DNA from: the human T2T-CHM13v2.0 reference genome, Homo sapiens
Reading direction: 5' to 3' (one strand)
DNA: 64,000 nt
NCBI RefSeq assembly: GCF_009914755.1
Contig: NC_060936.1
In this document: in pieces, positions 17,641-40,305 of the stretch
Numbering within the stretch: position 1 is the stretch's first letter
How the letters are laid out: each line of letters opens with the position of its first letter
Notes under the pieces: generated by a model
The model's input: the letters and a program-made list of their open reading frames with translations, nothing else
The model's database searches: none
What the model was told of the DNA's origin: nothing
Program-made: the position numbers and the translations under genes

Positions 17641-18519
17641 CAAGCACATAATTCACTCACATTCAGTACTCAACTAAGAATGCAGTTTGTATTAAGATTG
17701 AGCAACATCAGCCCAAACAGCTATTGTGAAAAAATAAAAATTGAGCAGCATTTGATTACTTAGAAAATGTCTGCAGAACATTCCCATAACTTTACCTAAA
17801 TTATGCTGGGTGGCTAGCCCTCTTCCTCTCACCCCACCCCTCCACCCACTGGGAGTAAGACTCAGACAGCACATTCAGTGAATGCTTGCCTTTAATTTCA
17901 TACATATCCTGGCCTTTATCTTCCAGCCTAGGGCTTTCTTCTTTGCCCATATTTGCTATTTTCACCTTGCTCCTTAAATGAGGAGACCTAGCAGTGCAAT
18001 CAAGCTATTGTCTGGTAAAAAGAACCAAAAATATTCAGCATTTGTGAGAGAAATTATTGCTCCACTGTTGAGGTTTAGAATGCAGGATTCATTTGGCCTA
18101 TTTTCCATCCTCAAGAAACGACAGCACTCACAGATTTACATACTTGATTCTTGTCTTAAATTTCCTGGAAAAGTAAAATTAATGATTACATTGACATCAT
18201 CGAAGCAGCATGTTTCTCACAAGATTTTATACTAATATACCAAAGGCCAGATTTTAAAGCTGTAGCAATATTTTTCCATATGCGCAAAGAAAGCAAGGTC
18301 CGGCATTTGAAAACAAACCAAACCTTCCCTCCCAGAGTAGGACCAACAACAGCCCTTCACGGTCAGCCACAGAGCTCTTGCTCTTGCTGCCAGGAGGCAA
18401 CATTTACGGTTAAATCTGGAGTTGTACAAAGCGGCCGCCCGTCTCTTCGACAATTTTATGTTCACGACTTCTGCAAAAGTAAGTTGTTTCAAAAACTTAA
18501 ATCGTTAAGATGCATGTGA

Positions 18520-18813
<294 letters not shown>

Positions 18814-18954
18814 AGATGCATGCGAGAGAAAGAAATTACTGTTGTTTTAAACTATTGTATGTTTGTTACCATAGAGGTAACTCCAGGAATAATATTCTCG
18901 TTCTCATAACTCAAGAAAGAGCTCTATCATGGCATGCTTAATTTTATAGATACA

Positions 18955-19622
18955 CAGACAGTCTCTGACTTACAAAGTTTCAATGTACGATTCTTCAACT
19001 TTACGATGGTGGGAAGGCAATATGCATTCATTAAAAAGTGGTCTAAAGGGCGAGTGTGGTGGCTCACGTCTGTAATCCCAGCACCTTGGCAGGCTTCAGC
19101 CCAGGTTTGAGACCAGCTTAGTCAACACAGTGACACCCCCATCTCTATATAAAAAATTTTTTTAAATTAGCCAGGCATGGTGGCAAGTGCCTGTAGTCCC
19201 AGATACTCAGGAGGCTGAGGTAGGAGCTGAGGCTTGAGCCCAGGAGTTCAAGACTGCAGTGAGCTATGATCATACCACTGCACTCCAGCCTGGGCAACAG
19301 AGTGAGACCCTCTCTGAAAAAACAAAACAAAACAAAACAAAACAGTCCAATAATCTCTCTCAATGCTGAGCAGTACAGCCGCAGCAGCTCCTGGTCAGCC
19401 ATGCCACCACGAAGGCAACAACTGATAGATATTCTACAGCGTCCTGTGTTGCCAGATGATTTTGCCCAATTGGAGGCTAATACAAGTGTTCTGAGCACAT
19501 TTAAGGTAGGGTAGACTAAGCTATGATGTTCAGAAGTTTAGGGGAATTAAGTGCATTTTTGATTTACAATATTTTCAGCTTATGATGGGTCATAACCTCT
19601 TTGTAAGTTGAGGAGCATCTGT
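18955..19622. mobile_element. MER47-type (Tigger family) DNA transposon relic with AluJ insert (19048-19345 +)
   Basis: Termini cagacagtctctgacttac and gtaagttgaggagcatctg with flanking TA. Internal tgattttgcccaattggaggctaatacaagtgttctgagcac. Confidence 0.7.
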
Positions 19623-19688
19623 AGTTTTTATCGGAAGACTTAACCCCTTTGTAAGTTAAGGAGCATCTGTAGTTTCTGTCACAAGACT
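19593..19688. repeat. 48-bp tandem duplication
   Basis: Diverged copies of taacctctttgtaagttgaggagcatctgtagttt..aagact start at 19593 and 19641. Confidence 0.8.
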
Positions 19689-19941
19689 TTACCCATTTAA
19701 CTTTAAAGAAACGTTTCCTAAAACATGTCCCTTTGACCCATAGGTTTTACTCCATATGCATTCTATAGGCAAGGATGTTTGTAAAAGGATGTTTGTAAAA
19801 TTGCTTCATGCGGAAATTCACAATGACCTTTAATAGATTAGAGGCTCTGAGAAGTTCTGCATGAAATAAACTTGACTAAGTGTGTTTAACTTAGTATTCC
19901 CAAGATGTGTTTAACCCAGAACCATTTTCATAAGTAGCGTC

Positions 19942-20563
<622 letters not shown>

Positions 20564-21430
20564 TAGCATCTTGTTAAAAACGTATTTTGGGAAATAATAT
20601 TCTAGAGAATGCCAAATAAAATGGTAAGGGTAAGTGAAGAGAAAAGAAGGTTTGTGAGTGATATTTTATATACGAAGCCCTTTTGTGATGTAGCATTGTA
20701 ATAAGCAGTGCCCAAACAAGAGCTAATATTTGTTAGGTAAGCTTGGGACAAGTGTGGGAACGGCTGGTTAGCTGAAGTAAGATAAACTGGACCAAAAATG
20801 ATTGCCCTCTTCTTCCTCTAAAATGGGAGACTGAGACAGCCAACCTTAATAATAAGCTCTGGGCCACAACCAGTCCAGCCTGTGGAGTATGATGTGCAGC
20901 AGAAGTGTTCCAGCCCAGGTATTCAATGCTTGGCACAGGGTCACAGAATATCCCAAGACATATCCCAGTGGAACGTGGTAATTGGGAAGTAGAGAATAAA
21001 CAGTATTCTGAAGCTGAGCAGAGAGTCATTCAACAGCAGCTCACTCTATCAACACTTAACAATGTTGTTAGGAGCAGACTCCAGTCCCTAGGAAAGGGCC
21101 TATCTTAGAAGAATGAGAGCACCAGCAGGAGCTCCTGTAGATGAGCTGGACATCCTTGGAAGAAAAGACATAACCAGACCATGTGACCTGACAAGTCTCG
21201 TCTAGGCTCTGGGCAGGTACCCTCTTTGGCCCTGTAATCATGATACCTCTTTGACTAGACTGTTTCCTGGCTTCTTGAGCTGGGCTTGTCTTTACTTCCT
21301 ACTCCCATGTCTACATAGCATGGGCTAATTTTTCACAAGTAGTCTTGTATTTCCTCCTGATAGTGATGTCTCACCACCAGCTTGATCCTTTCCCTACCAT
21401 CCACTCTTCCCTACCTGCACCAGCCCTAAG

Positions 21431-21610
21431 GCAGTGGCTCTCAAACTATTTACTGTGCATCAGAATCTCCCGGTGGACTTGTTAGGACACTGTTGCTGTC
21501 CCCCAACCACCCGTCTTCCCAAGTTTCTGACTCAGTCTAGAGTAGAGCCCTAGAAGTTGCATTTCCAGTAAGTTCTCAGATGAGGAGGACCACACTTTGA
21601 AAACCACCAC
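21431..21610. mobile_element. MER5A (hAT-Charlie) relic
   Basis: cagtggctctcaaact..catcagaatc..gaccacactttgaaaaccac. Confidence 0.75.
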
Positions 21611-21619
21611 TTTTTTTAT

Positions 21620-23330
<1,711 letters not shown>

Positions 23331-23650
23331 GAAAGCCTGGCTACCATGAAGTATGACAGTGGGTATAACAAGACTCTACCCTCAGACTGCCCCTCCCAGT
23401 TAGTTGGGGCTCTACTGACTATGACCCAGGCATGGGAAAAAGACATGACACTCATCTGAAATGAGGTTTTATTTAGAAGCCGGTCTTTGAAATAACCCAA
23501 GAGCCCGACTATCAGCATGGGGAAATAAGCTCATAGCTGGACAGACAGCAACGACATAGATCCGGTGGAGGTGAATCTGCAGATAGAGGATAATTGGTCT
23601 TGGCTTCAAGGATGGAAAGAAGCCAAAGATTGGGAATTAGGTATGGCATT

Positions 23651-24520
23651 TGAAGGAGTTAAGGACTATCCACTCCAGACATATGCCAATTTGATACTTT
23701 GATTATTTCAAGCTACAAGCACTTGAGAAACTGTAATTGCAGAAAGAGTTATCTGACCTGTCCTTTCCTTCGTGTGGCAAGCCATAAAAATTCCTTTGAG
23801 GAGGATGCCTTCCTCATACTGTGGCAAGAAAATAACCCTTATCTCCAAAGACCAGGAATTGTTGCTGCAATGGATCTGTACAAATAAACCTACTGAAGAA
23901 ACCTTTATCTTCCATTAGCTTTACACACTCCCGTAGGTCTCCTAATGATTCCCCTTGAATTCACTGCCCCTGGCCCATCTCTTCACAATTTATGATTCTT
24001 TTTCTAAAACATATAAAAGCTTTCTGCTTTGGCCATTTCTTCAGATCTTCACTCTCATGAGGGTCCCCAAGTACACATGTAAAAATAATAAAACTGGGCC
24101 AGGCGCAGTGGCTCATGCCTGTACTTGGGCATTTTGGGAGGCCGAGGTGGGTGGATCACCTGAGGTAAGGAGTTTGAGACCAGCCTGGCCAACATGGTGA
24201 AACCCCGTCTCTACTAAAAAAATACAAAGAATTAGCTGGGCTGGTGGCACATGCCTGTAGTCCCAGCTACTCAGGAGGCTGAGACAAGAATGAATGGCTT
24301 GAACCCGGGAGGCAGAGGTTGCGGTGAGCCAAGATCGTGCCATTGCACTCCAGCCTGGGTGACACATTAAGACTCTGTCTCAAAATAAGAAGAAAAAGAA
24401 GAAGAAAACTTGTATGTTTTTCTTCTGTTAATCTGCCTTGTGTCAATTTGATTCCTAGATGCAGCTGAAGATCCCTCTTAAGAACTAAGACAGATAGAGG
24501 TGATCTTTAGCCTCCCTATG
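23651..24520 (+). mobile_element. MER34-family solo LTR with Alu insert (24097-24408 +)
   Basis: Starts tgaaggag..atatgcca..gattatttcaagct. Contains tataaaag and aataaaacttgtatg..ctgttaatctg, the reverse complement of blocks in the other MER34 LTRs. Confidence 0.7.
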
Positions 24521-24801
24521 CTTTATAAACCTAGCCCATTGTGCCAGTTAGTAAAGGCAAAAGGTAAAAACACTCGTTTGTATGCTGAGTCATCTTCACT
24601 TTGGGATTGTATCTTTTTTAATCAACCAATAAATAAATGTTTACACATCAAGGTAAAGTTATTTATGTATCTGTGAGTTGGCAAATGATATATTGGTCTC
24701 TTATTTGTTTATTGGCAAGTACATATTTGTTAACTCAATAAAAAGTGTTGATTTTGTATGAGGAACTTCATAAAACGTTCATGGCTAGAGAAAAAGATTG
24801 A

Positions 24802-25147
<346 letters not shown>

Positions 25148-25575
25148 TAGCAGAGGGTATTAAATTAAAAGTGCTTTACTGAGTAATTCCTTAATACCAG
25201 GTTCTCAAACCGTTCCACTGAAATACCTGTAATGGTGGAGATGAAACCCATATATACAGGAGGTCTGCCTGCTGCAGCTACTCCAAGGATTAAATTAATT
25301 TCAAGCATCATATAAAATATTAACTGAAATTCTCTGTTCACTTCATGCGGTATCCTTTGTTTTATAAATAATAATAATCATAACGCCCTTCAAAACATTG
25401 AATAAAATCAGTGCAAAACATTGAGCAAAAATGCAGTGGGATTTAGGGTCCTAATCCATAAAATAGGGGGATGATAGCATCTCTTATAAGATTATTATGG
25501 ACAACTAAAATTGTATTTATAAAGCCCTTAGAATTGTGACTGGCACATAGTTACTACTTTAAAAATATTTGTCCA

Positions 25576-26137
<562 letters not shown>

Positions 26138-26483
26138 TTAAAGATTGTTCCAAGTTCATGCTATTGTTTTAGCTACTACCATGTAATTGCCTCTCAGAGT
26201 ATTAGGAATCCAGTTTGAATGTGATTTTAATATTTAAGGAGATAATTATGGATTGAGCAGAAGAGAGGGGAGATTGTGATTCTTTATTTGAGCTAAGTTA
26301 GAAAAGGGATCAAAGAACGGATGGAAATGGCATGAAGCCCAGGGTGTTGGCAGAGGGTAGCCAGAGTGGCCAGGCTGGTTGGTGCAGTCACTTAACACAC
26401 ATTTCAGAGCACTGACCACAGGCCCAGTGCCAGGCACTACAGACTGTGGAAACCATAAAAGCAGTTGCTGAGATGATGTGATG

Positions 26484-26992
<509 letters not shown>

Positions 26993-27251
26993 TCAGCCTT
27001 TTCATTTGGCAGATGAGAAAACTGAGGACTCAGAAATTAAATAACTTGCCTAAGATGGTAGAGCTCTCTTCAAACAGGTAACTGTAACACAGACTGGCTA
27101 TGCACTAGTACAGTATTTTTCAAAATTAAAGTAATGCTTCATTAGTAAATTGTAAAAATAAATTTAGTGCATCCTGACCAGAATTTATTTGGAACAGAAT
27201 AAAAAAATCAGAGTACAAATCAAGTAATAATGATACTATTCCATGGCATGT

Positions 27252-27286
27252 ATGTGTGTTTGTGTGTGTGTGTGTTTATGTGTGTA
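27252..27286. repeat. Imperfect (TG)n microsatellite
   Basis: Direct inspection. Confidence 0.8.
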
Positions 27287-29453
27287 TTCTGACTAGAAGT
27301 AAAATGTCATTATTATTATGGATTGTTGTTAAAAAAAAATTGAAAAATCCTGCTCTGGAGTTTCCTTAAAATTTGAATATCTAAGGTTAGAAGGTGATGT
27401 CTGCCTATAGGAGTGATATAACTGCCTCTGCTGTCTAGTATGTAGCCCACAGAGAGGGTATGGATGGTATCGAGGTTAAGAACATGGGCTTGGGGGTGCA
27501 CACATCTTGGAGAAAATTGAGTGTATGCCCTTTATTGGTGATGGGAACTTTTGCGAGAATCTTAAACTCTTTATGGCTCAGATACCTAAACTTTAAAATG
27601 AAAATAAAAACACACACCTCATAGGACTGTTAGTTTTAAATGCCATAATATCTGTAAGGCACTTGGCATAATGTTTGGCGCTTAGTAAATAGTCAATAAA
27701 TACAAACAATTAAAAATGCATCCACGATCTATCATTTCCTGATTCAGAGAGGAAAGGAACTAAAAATGTACTAGGATTAAAACGGTTTTTGGAAGGATGT
27801 ATATTCTTGTGACTAATGTTTATTTTAGAAAGACGGAAGTGAAAAAATAGCTGAAATAATTGCTTTAATGGGCAACATATTTACAAAAACTTTTTTTTTA
27901 ATTTTCACAGAACCAGAAATTATGGTGCTACAAAAATACCTGCTTATCTTAGAGCCAAAACATTTCAATTTTAAAAAATGGCCTCGTATGGCAGATACAT
28001 AAGTCAGGTATGCCACTCCTGGGATCATATCGGATGGGAGGCAGGATTAGATTACAGCTCCAGACAGAGCGGCATGCAGAGGCTTGCCTTGTGAATTTTA
28101 GCTCCAGATCGACTGCAAGAACAAACCAGCAATCCTGAGAGGATCCACAGACTCTCTGAAGGAAGCAGACTGCTCCTGCAGGACCCAGGAGACCCCCAAA
28201 TACTGTGAGTGCCCCAACTGCAGTGCCACAACTGCAGAAGTGGGAAAGGGAGACCCTCCTCTCCCGAACACACACCCCCACTGGAGAAGCCGAAGATCTG
28301 TTTGTGGGAGAAGTTTCTGACTTTACCTGAAGCTGAGTCAAGTTAGAGAGCCAAGCGAAAAACAGGGGTAGAGGAAGCGGCAGAAAGGCCCTGGAAGCTC
28401 GCTGGGTGCCCCTGCAGCCCATTCCTGCCTGGCACCACAGGGATCCACTGAGAGGGTGGCCAGAGATGCAGGGGGTAAAACTCCACAGGGAGAAGGAATG
28501 CTCTAGCCGAAATTTGTACCAATTTGAACAGGGTGAGAAACCTCCTGGCCAGAACTCAGGGGAGGGCGTGAATCCAGTATGCAGACTTCACTCGTAGGGG
28601 AAGAACTAAAGCCCTTTTCTTTCACAGCTGTGAGGCAGATAGCCTTGGGCAAGTTTTCAAGCCTATCTCTCCCTCTTCCTGGAAACAGACTCAGGGCTGT
28701 TGGTGGGACATGGTGGGAGTGAGACCAGCCCTTCCGTTTGCATGAGAGCTGGGTGAGGGCTCTGACTGCCAGCTTTCCTCCACTTCCCTGATAACCTGCA
28801 TGACTCAGCAGAGGCAGCCCTAATCCTCCTAGGTACACAACTCCAGTGACCTGGGAATCTCACTCCCATCTCCCACAGCAGCCACAGCAAGACTTGCCCA
28901 AGGAGAGTCTGAGCCTCCTGAACAGTCTGAGCGTATGCCTAGCCCTGCCCCCACCTGATGGTCCTTCCCTATCCACCCTGGTAGTGGAAGATAAACGGCA
29001 TATAATCTTGGGAGTTCTAGGGTCCCACCCACTACTGGTCCCTCTCCACATTACTACAGCTGATGTTTTCTGGAAAATGCCACCTCCTGGCAGGAGGCCA
29101 ACCGGCACAAAAATAGAGCATTAAACCACCAAAGCTACAGACCTTCAGAAAGTCTATTGCACCTTCTGCCACCTCCACCAGAACAAGCGCTGGTATCCAC
29201 GGCTGAGAGACCCGTAGACAGTTCACATCACAGGACTCTGTGCAGACAACCCCCAGTAGCAGCCTAGAGCCTGGTAGACTTGCTGGGTGGCTAGACCCAG
29301 AAGAGAGACAACAATCACTGCAGTTCGGCTCACAGGAAGCCACATCCATAGGAAAAGGGGGAGAGTACTACATCAAGGGAAGACCCTGTGGGACAAAAGA
29401 ATCTGAACGACAGCCTTCAGCCCTAGACCTTCCCTTTGACAGAGCCTACCCAA

Positions 29454-30775
<1,322 letters not shown>

Positions 30776-31474
30776 AACAAAAATACAAGTTAAAAAGCAA
30801 AAACAGCAACAAAAAAACAAAGTACACAGGCAACAAAGAGTACGATGAATGCACAGTACCTCATATTTCAATACTAACATTGAATGTAAATGGCCTAAAT
30901 TCTCCACTTAAAAGATACAGAACCTCAGAATGCGTAAGAACTCACCAACCATCTATTGCCTTCAGGAGACTCACCTAACACGTAAAGACTCACATAAACT
31001 TAAAGTAAAGGGGTGGAAAAAGGCATTTCATGCAAATGGACACTAAAAGTGAGCAGAGGTAGCTATTCTTATATCATGCAAAACAAACTTTAAAGCAACA
31101 GCGGTTAAAAGAGACAAAGAGGGACATTCTATAATGGTAAAAGGCCTTGTCCAACAGGAAAATATCACAATCCTGAACATATATTCACCTAACACTGGAG
31201 CTCCCACATTTATAAAACAATTTCTACTAGACCTAAGAAATGAGATAGACAGCAACACAATAATAGTGGGGGACTTCAGCACTCCACTGACAGCACTAGA
31301 CAGTTCATCAAGAGAGAGAGTCAACAAAGAAACAATAGATTTAAACTATACCTTGGAACAAATGGACTTAACAGATATATACAGAACATTTCATCCAACA
31401 ACTGCAGAATACACATTCTATTCAACAGCACATGGAACTTACTCCAGCATAGACCATATGATAGGCCATAAAAC

Positions 31475-32234
<760 letters not shown>

Positions 32235-33427
32235 AAACGAGCCTCAATAAATTTAAGAAAATTGAAATTATATCAAGCATTCTCTCAGACCACAGTGGAA
32301 TAAAACTGGAAATCAACTCCAAAGGGAAACTTCAAAACCATGCAAATACATGGAAATTAAATAACCTGCTCCTGAATGAGCACTGGGTCAAAAACAAAAT
32401 CAAGATGGAAATTAAAACATTCTTGAACTGAATGACAATAATGGCACAGCCTATCAAAACCTCTGGGATACAGCAAAGGCGGTGCTAAGAGGAAAGTTCA
32501 CAGCCCTAAACGCCTACATCAAAAAGTATGAAAGAGCACAGACAGACAATCTAAGGTCACACCTCAAGGAACTAGAGAAACAACAAACCAAACCCAAATC
32601 CAGCAGAAGAAAAGAAATAACCAAGATCAGAGCAGAACTAAATGAAATTGAAACAAAAAGAAATCATACAAAAGATAAATGAAACAAACATCTGATTCTT
32701 TGAAAATATAAATAAAATCGATAGACCATTAGAAGATTAACCAAGAAAAGAAGAGGTAAAATCCAAATAACCTCACTAAGAAATGATGCAGGAGATTTTA
32801 CAACTGACACCACTGAAATGCAAAAGATCATTCAAGGCTACTATGCACACCTTTACGCACATAAACTAGTAAATCTAGAAGAGATGGTTAAATTCCTGGA
32901 AAAATACAACCCTCCTAGCTTAAGTCAGGAGAAATTAGATACCCTGAACAGACCTCTAACAAGCAGCGAGATTGAAAGGGCAATTTAAAAATTTCCAACA
33001 AAAAAAGTCCAGGACTAGACAGACTCACAACAGAATTCTACCAGACATTCAAAGAAGAATTGGTATCAATCCTTTTGACACTATTCTACAAGATAGGAAA
33101 GAAGGAAACCTCCCTAATTCATTTTATGAAGGCAGCATCACCCTAATACCAAAAACCAGAAAAGGATATAACCAAAAAAGAAAACTACAGACCAATATTC
33201 TTGATGAACATAGTGCTAAAATCCTGAACGAAATACTGGCTAACCAAATCCAACAACATATCTAAAAGATAATGCACCATGATCAAGTGGGTTTCATACC
33301 AGGGATGCAGGGATGGTTTAACATATGCAAGTCAATAAATGTGATACACCACATAAACAGAATTAAAACAAAAATCACATAATCATTTTAATAGATGCAG
33401 AAAAAGCATTCAACAAAATCCATCATC

Positions 33428-33733
<306 letters not shown>

Positions 33734-36700
33734 TATCATCCCTTTATGATTAAAACTCTCAGCAAAATCGGCATACAAGGGACATACCTTAATGTAATAA
33801 AAGCCATCTGTGCTAACCCACAGCCATCATAATACTGAAAGGGGAAAAGTTGAAAGCATTTCCCCTGAGACTGGGAACAAGATAAGGATGCCCACTCTCA
33901 CCACTCTTCTTCAGCATAGTCCTGGAAGTCCTAGCCAGAGCAATCAGATGAGAGAAAGAAATAAAGGGCATCCAAATCATCAAAGAGGAAGTCAAACTGT
34001 CACTGTTTGCTGACGATATGATCATTTACCTTGAAAACCCTAAGTACTCCTCCAAAAAGCTCCTAGAACTGATAAAAGAATTCAGCAAGGTTTCTGGATA
34101 CAAGATTAATGTACACAAATCAGTAGCTCTTTTATACACCAACAGCAACCAAGTGGAGAATCAAATCAAGAACTCAACCCCTTTTGCAATAGCTGCAAAT
34201 AAATAAACAAATAAAATACTTAGGAATATACCTAACAAAGGAGTCAAAAGACCTCTACAAGCAAAACTACAAAACACTGCTCAAAGAAATCATAGATGGC
34301 ATCAAACAAATTGAAACACATCCCATGCTCATGGATGGGTAGAATCAACATTGTGAAAATGACCATACTGCCAAAAGCAAACTACAAATTCAATGCAATC
34401 CCCATCAAAATAGCACCATCATTTTTCACAGAATTAGAAAAAACAATTATAAAATTCATATGGAACCAAAAGTCTTGCATAGCCAAAGCAAGACTAAGCA
34501 AAAGGAACAAATCTGGGGGTATCACACCACCTGATTTCAAACCACACTCTAAGGCTATAGTCACCAAAACAGTGTGGTACTGGTATAAAAATAGGCATAT
34601 AGACCAATGGAACAGAATAGAGAACCCAGAAATAAACCCAAATACTTACAGCCAACTGATCGTTGACAAAGCAAACAAAAACATAAAGTGGGGAAAGGAC
34701 ACCCTGTTCAACAAATGGTGCTGGGATAATTGGCAAGCCACCTGTAGGAGAATGAAACTGGACGCTCATCTCTCACCTTATACAAAAATCAACTCAAGAT
34801 CGATTAAGGACTTAAACCTAAGACCCGAAATTTTAAAAATTCTAGAAGATAGCGTTGGAAAAACTCTCTAGACATTGGGTTAGGCAAGGATTTCATGACC
34901 AAGAATCCAAAGCAAATGCAACAAAAACAAAGATAAATAGCTGGGACCTAATTAATTAAAGAGCTTTTTCATGGCAAAAGGAACAGTCAGCAGAGTAAAG
35001 AGACAAATCACAGAGTGGGAGAAAATCTTCACAATCTATACATCTGACAAAAGACTAATTTCCAGAATCTACAACGAACTTGAACAAATCAGTAAGAAGA
35101 AAACAAACAATCTCATCAAAAAGTGGGCTAAGGACATGAATAGATAATTCTCAAAAGAAGATATACAAATGGACAACAAACATGAAAAAATGCTCCACAT
35201 CACTAATGATCAGGGAAATGCAAGTCAAAACCACAATGCAATGCCACCTTACTCCTGCAAAAATGGACATAATCTAAAAACAGTAGATGGTGGCATGGAT
35301 GCAGTGAACGGGGAACACTTCTACACTGCTGGTGGGAATGTAAACTAGTACAGCTGCTATGGAAAATAGTGTAAAAATTTCTTAAAGAACCAAAAGTAGA
35401 ACTACCATTTGATCCAGCTATCCCACTACTGGGTATCTACCTAGAGGAAAAAAAGTCATTATTCGAAAAAGGTACTTGCACATGCATGTTTATAGCAGCA
35501 CAATTCACAATTGCAAAATCGTGGAACCAACCCAAATGCCCATCAGCCAATGAGTGGATAAAGAAACGGTGGTGCATATATATGTGTGTGTAGGTATATA
35601 AGTGTATATATATATATATCTGATGGAATACTTTGCAGCCATAAAAAGGAATGAATTAATAGCATTTGCAGTGACCTGGATGAGAATGGAGAATATTATT
35701 CTAAGTGAAGTAACTCAGGAATGGAAAACCAAACATCGTATGTTCTCACTGACATGTGGGAGCTAAGCTATGAGGACACAAAGGCATAAGAATGATACAA
35801 TGGACTTTGGGGACTTGTGGGGAAGAGTGGGAGGGGGCGAGGGATAAAAGACTACAAATATGGCGCACTGTATACTGCTCAGGTGATAGGTGCACCAAAA
35901 TCTCATAAATCGCCACTAAAGAACATACTCATGTAACCAAATACCACCCGTACTCCAATAACTTATGAAAAAATAAAAAAAAAATCTAAACATAGAAAAG
36001 GAAAAAGTAAAATAAAATAATAAAAAAGAGAAACATGAAAAAAATAAGTCAGGTAGCCATCAGTCATTTGGATGTTGTTGTTTGTTTAGTTTCTTTCGAA
36101 AAAGAAAGATTTTCAATATCTGCATTAAAAAAAATGGTTCACATTCATTTTTGGCAGCTGGATCGCAAACAAAATGAAAACTTAGGCCCAAGAACTCCTT
36201 CCTGTTTCTCATGTGCTTCAATTCCTCTCTTTCTTCAGATCCTGTGCATGACCACGGAGCGTTTCTGATCCAGCTCCCCGTTTTTAATAAGGAACTCTTC
36301 AACAAGAAATAAACTCCCTCTACTCATTCATGGTTCCACCTCAGTTTTATGAACAGACAAGTGCACAAGCTGGTCCCAAATAATGATGTGTCTGGTATGC
36401 TTAACGTTTGTGTGGCAGCTGGTGGAAAACCTTAAGGTTTTTTTTCCTCCTATTCCTTCCTGCGAAGGCGTATGCTTCTTCTAGAATGTCATTTGCATAT
36501 ACGCATACACTTATATACATACACACATATAGGTACATATGAACACATATAAAGGACTCAGATTATATGTTAAGTTGGTAGGACATAATGTATTAGGCTT
36601 AGCATTATAGAAGATTTAGACATGAATCAACACTTGGTTTATAGTCAAGGAGCTTAAATCTGACAGAGAAGACATAGCATGTTCACAAATAACTCTAATC

Positions 36701-37029
36701 CAGGAGAAAATGTAATAAGGGCCAGGACAAAGAGACAGCTACAGCACTACTGGAGTTTCAAAGGAGGGAGAGATTGCATGCATGCCTCCGATAGTTGCAG
36801 GAAGAGTGGAGACAGTGGCAGAGGAGGCATCTGAGCTGCATCCTGAAAGATGGACCGAATTTGCCTCTGCCAACATGAGGAGGTGGGATATCCAAATGAC
36901 AGAGGGCACACATAAAGATCCAGAAGTAGGTAAAAAGGCATGTCTAGGGACCACTGAAGACATTACTTGGGCCAGAACAAGGGGCCCATGGAGGGGAGTA
37001 AAGGTCAATTGATTTGGGGAAAGAGGGTA

Positions 37030-38155
<1,126 letters not shown>

Positions 38156-39261
38156 AAATTTTTGTTTCAATTTTAGATTGGAACCAAAAATGGAAAGGCC
38201 CTGAATGTCAGGATTGTCATCCACATTCTTCATCCAGGACAGAAAATACAACGTCTATTTTCAGATTAAAGATGGTTTCAGTTCAAATATTTTCTTGCTT
38301 TTAGCTAGAATTATAGCAATTCAGTCTAGTAGCCCAGATTGTCTCATACTGATTGGGTGTTCTGCTTGACAGTTCTAGATGCCTTTGATTAATAAAACAT
38401 GGGGAAAGAAATTAAATATTGATAAATGTAGTTCGGTGCATTCAGCTTTTCAAAACACAGGGCCTTTTGGGAGGGAAAACCATAAAAGGGGATCTCAGTG
38501 CTGGAAAGATTGGGAACCACTGCCTTAAAAAAATATGGCCTCTGATTATTCCAGTTGGTCTTACTTGTATATATGGCATTTTTCTCTATTACTGATAGAT
38601 CTCTAGGGTTGGAGTATGAAAGATTTGGAAAAGACTTTTTAAAATTGCTTTGTCGAATATGTTTTATCTTTCAACTTGTTTATGGTTTGATCAATAATTC
38701 ATTCCTTAGCATCTGTGTCTTAAAGACTATCTTGTCTGTTGTCTTTATGAATGATGAATTATGATATTGGGAGAACAAAATACATTCTTTTTAAAGCACA
38801 GCATCTCAAATGAAATGCCCAGAATTTATAGTGTGTAGATAACAACAAAAAAATGACTTAAAGCCGCGAAACAGGAAGAGGGATGAAATATTTGATAAAG
38901 CAGGAAGTACAAATAATATAACAGAAAATCCATCTGGACTTGGGCACTGAGCTGTTCAGATGGCCTTTATTTATTTGCTTAGCCAATTTGAAGATTCTCC
39001 CTTTAAAATACCATTTCAATTAAAATGTTCTACCATGAACTACTGGAGCATAAGTTCACCCAGCTGTTAACCACACCCAGCACAGATACCTTTCCATTTT
39101 AGGTGTTTGTATGGAATATATTTTTCTCAAACTCCTAGTGCTTACCTTTCTGTTTTAAATAAAGAAAGGGTGAAAAGACAGAACAAACCAGTTATGTGGA
39201 GAGAAAAACTTAGGCACAGAGAGAAGTGTCATTTGAACACAGACTCTGGCCTGTGCTGCAG

Positions 39262-39570
<309 letters not shown>

Positions 39571-40230
39571 CCTTGTGCTGCAGTTTTTAACACATTGCAG
39601 CTAACACTTACTGAGCACTGACCCTGTGTCAGGCGTTGTGCAGAACTGATAATCCTCACAGCCACTCTATGAGATGTGCACTATTAGACTTATTTCTGAT
39701 GGAGAAACTGAGGCTTAGAGAGGTTAATTCACTTGTAGAAGCTCACACGATTAGTGAGCGAAGGAGCAGAGAGTCAATCTCCACGCTGGCTTTAAAAAAA
39801 ACACAGATAGAGTCATCTCATTCTCCTACTTTGTAAACATTATTTTTTTTAACCTCACAATATTGGGATTCTCCACCCTGGCTTCATGGTAGAATCATTT
39901 GGGGTCTTTTTACAAAATACCATTGCCTAGAATCCACCCACGACTACTTAAAAAGAACAATAATAACAACGCTAATGACAGCCAACATTACATTGGGCTT
40001 ACTCTGTGCTCAATATAAGTGTTACTATGTGCCAAGGCTTTCTTTAACATATATGGACACACACATGCACACATATATTCTCTCTAATATATATAACACT
40101 AACATATACATATATTCAAATGAGGGTGTCTCTCAATATATTCTCATTTAATCCTCAAAATAAACCTTGGATGAAGATACCATTGAGTATCACCAATTTA
40201 CAAATGGGGAAGGTGAGACTCAGAAGATTT

Positions 40231-40261
40231 AAAAGCCTAGCTCATATGATTCAAGAGACAT

Positions 40262-40305
<44 letters not shown>

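Noticed and set aside
34296-34871. 191-aa ORF
   Set aside because: It is a fragment of the dead L1 ORF2 between frameshifts, not an independent gene.
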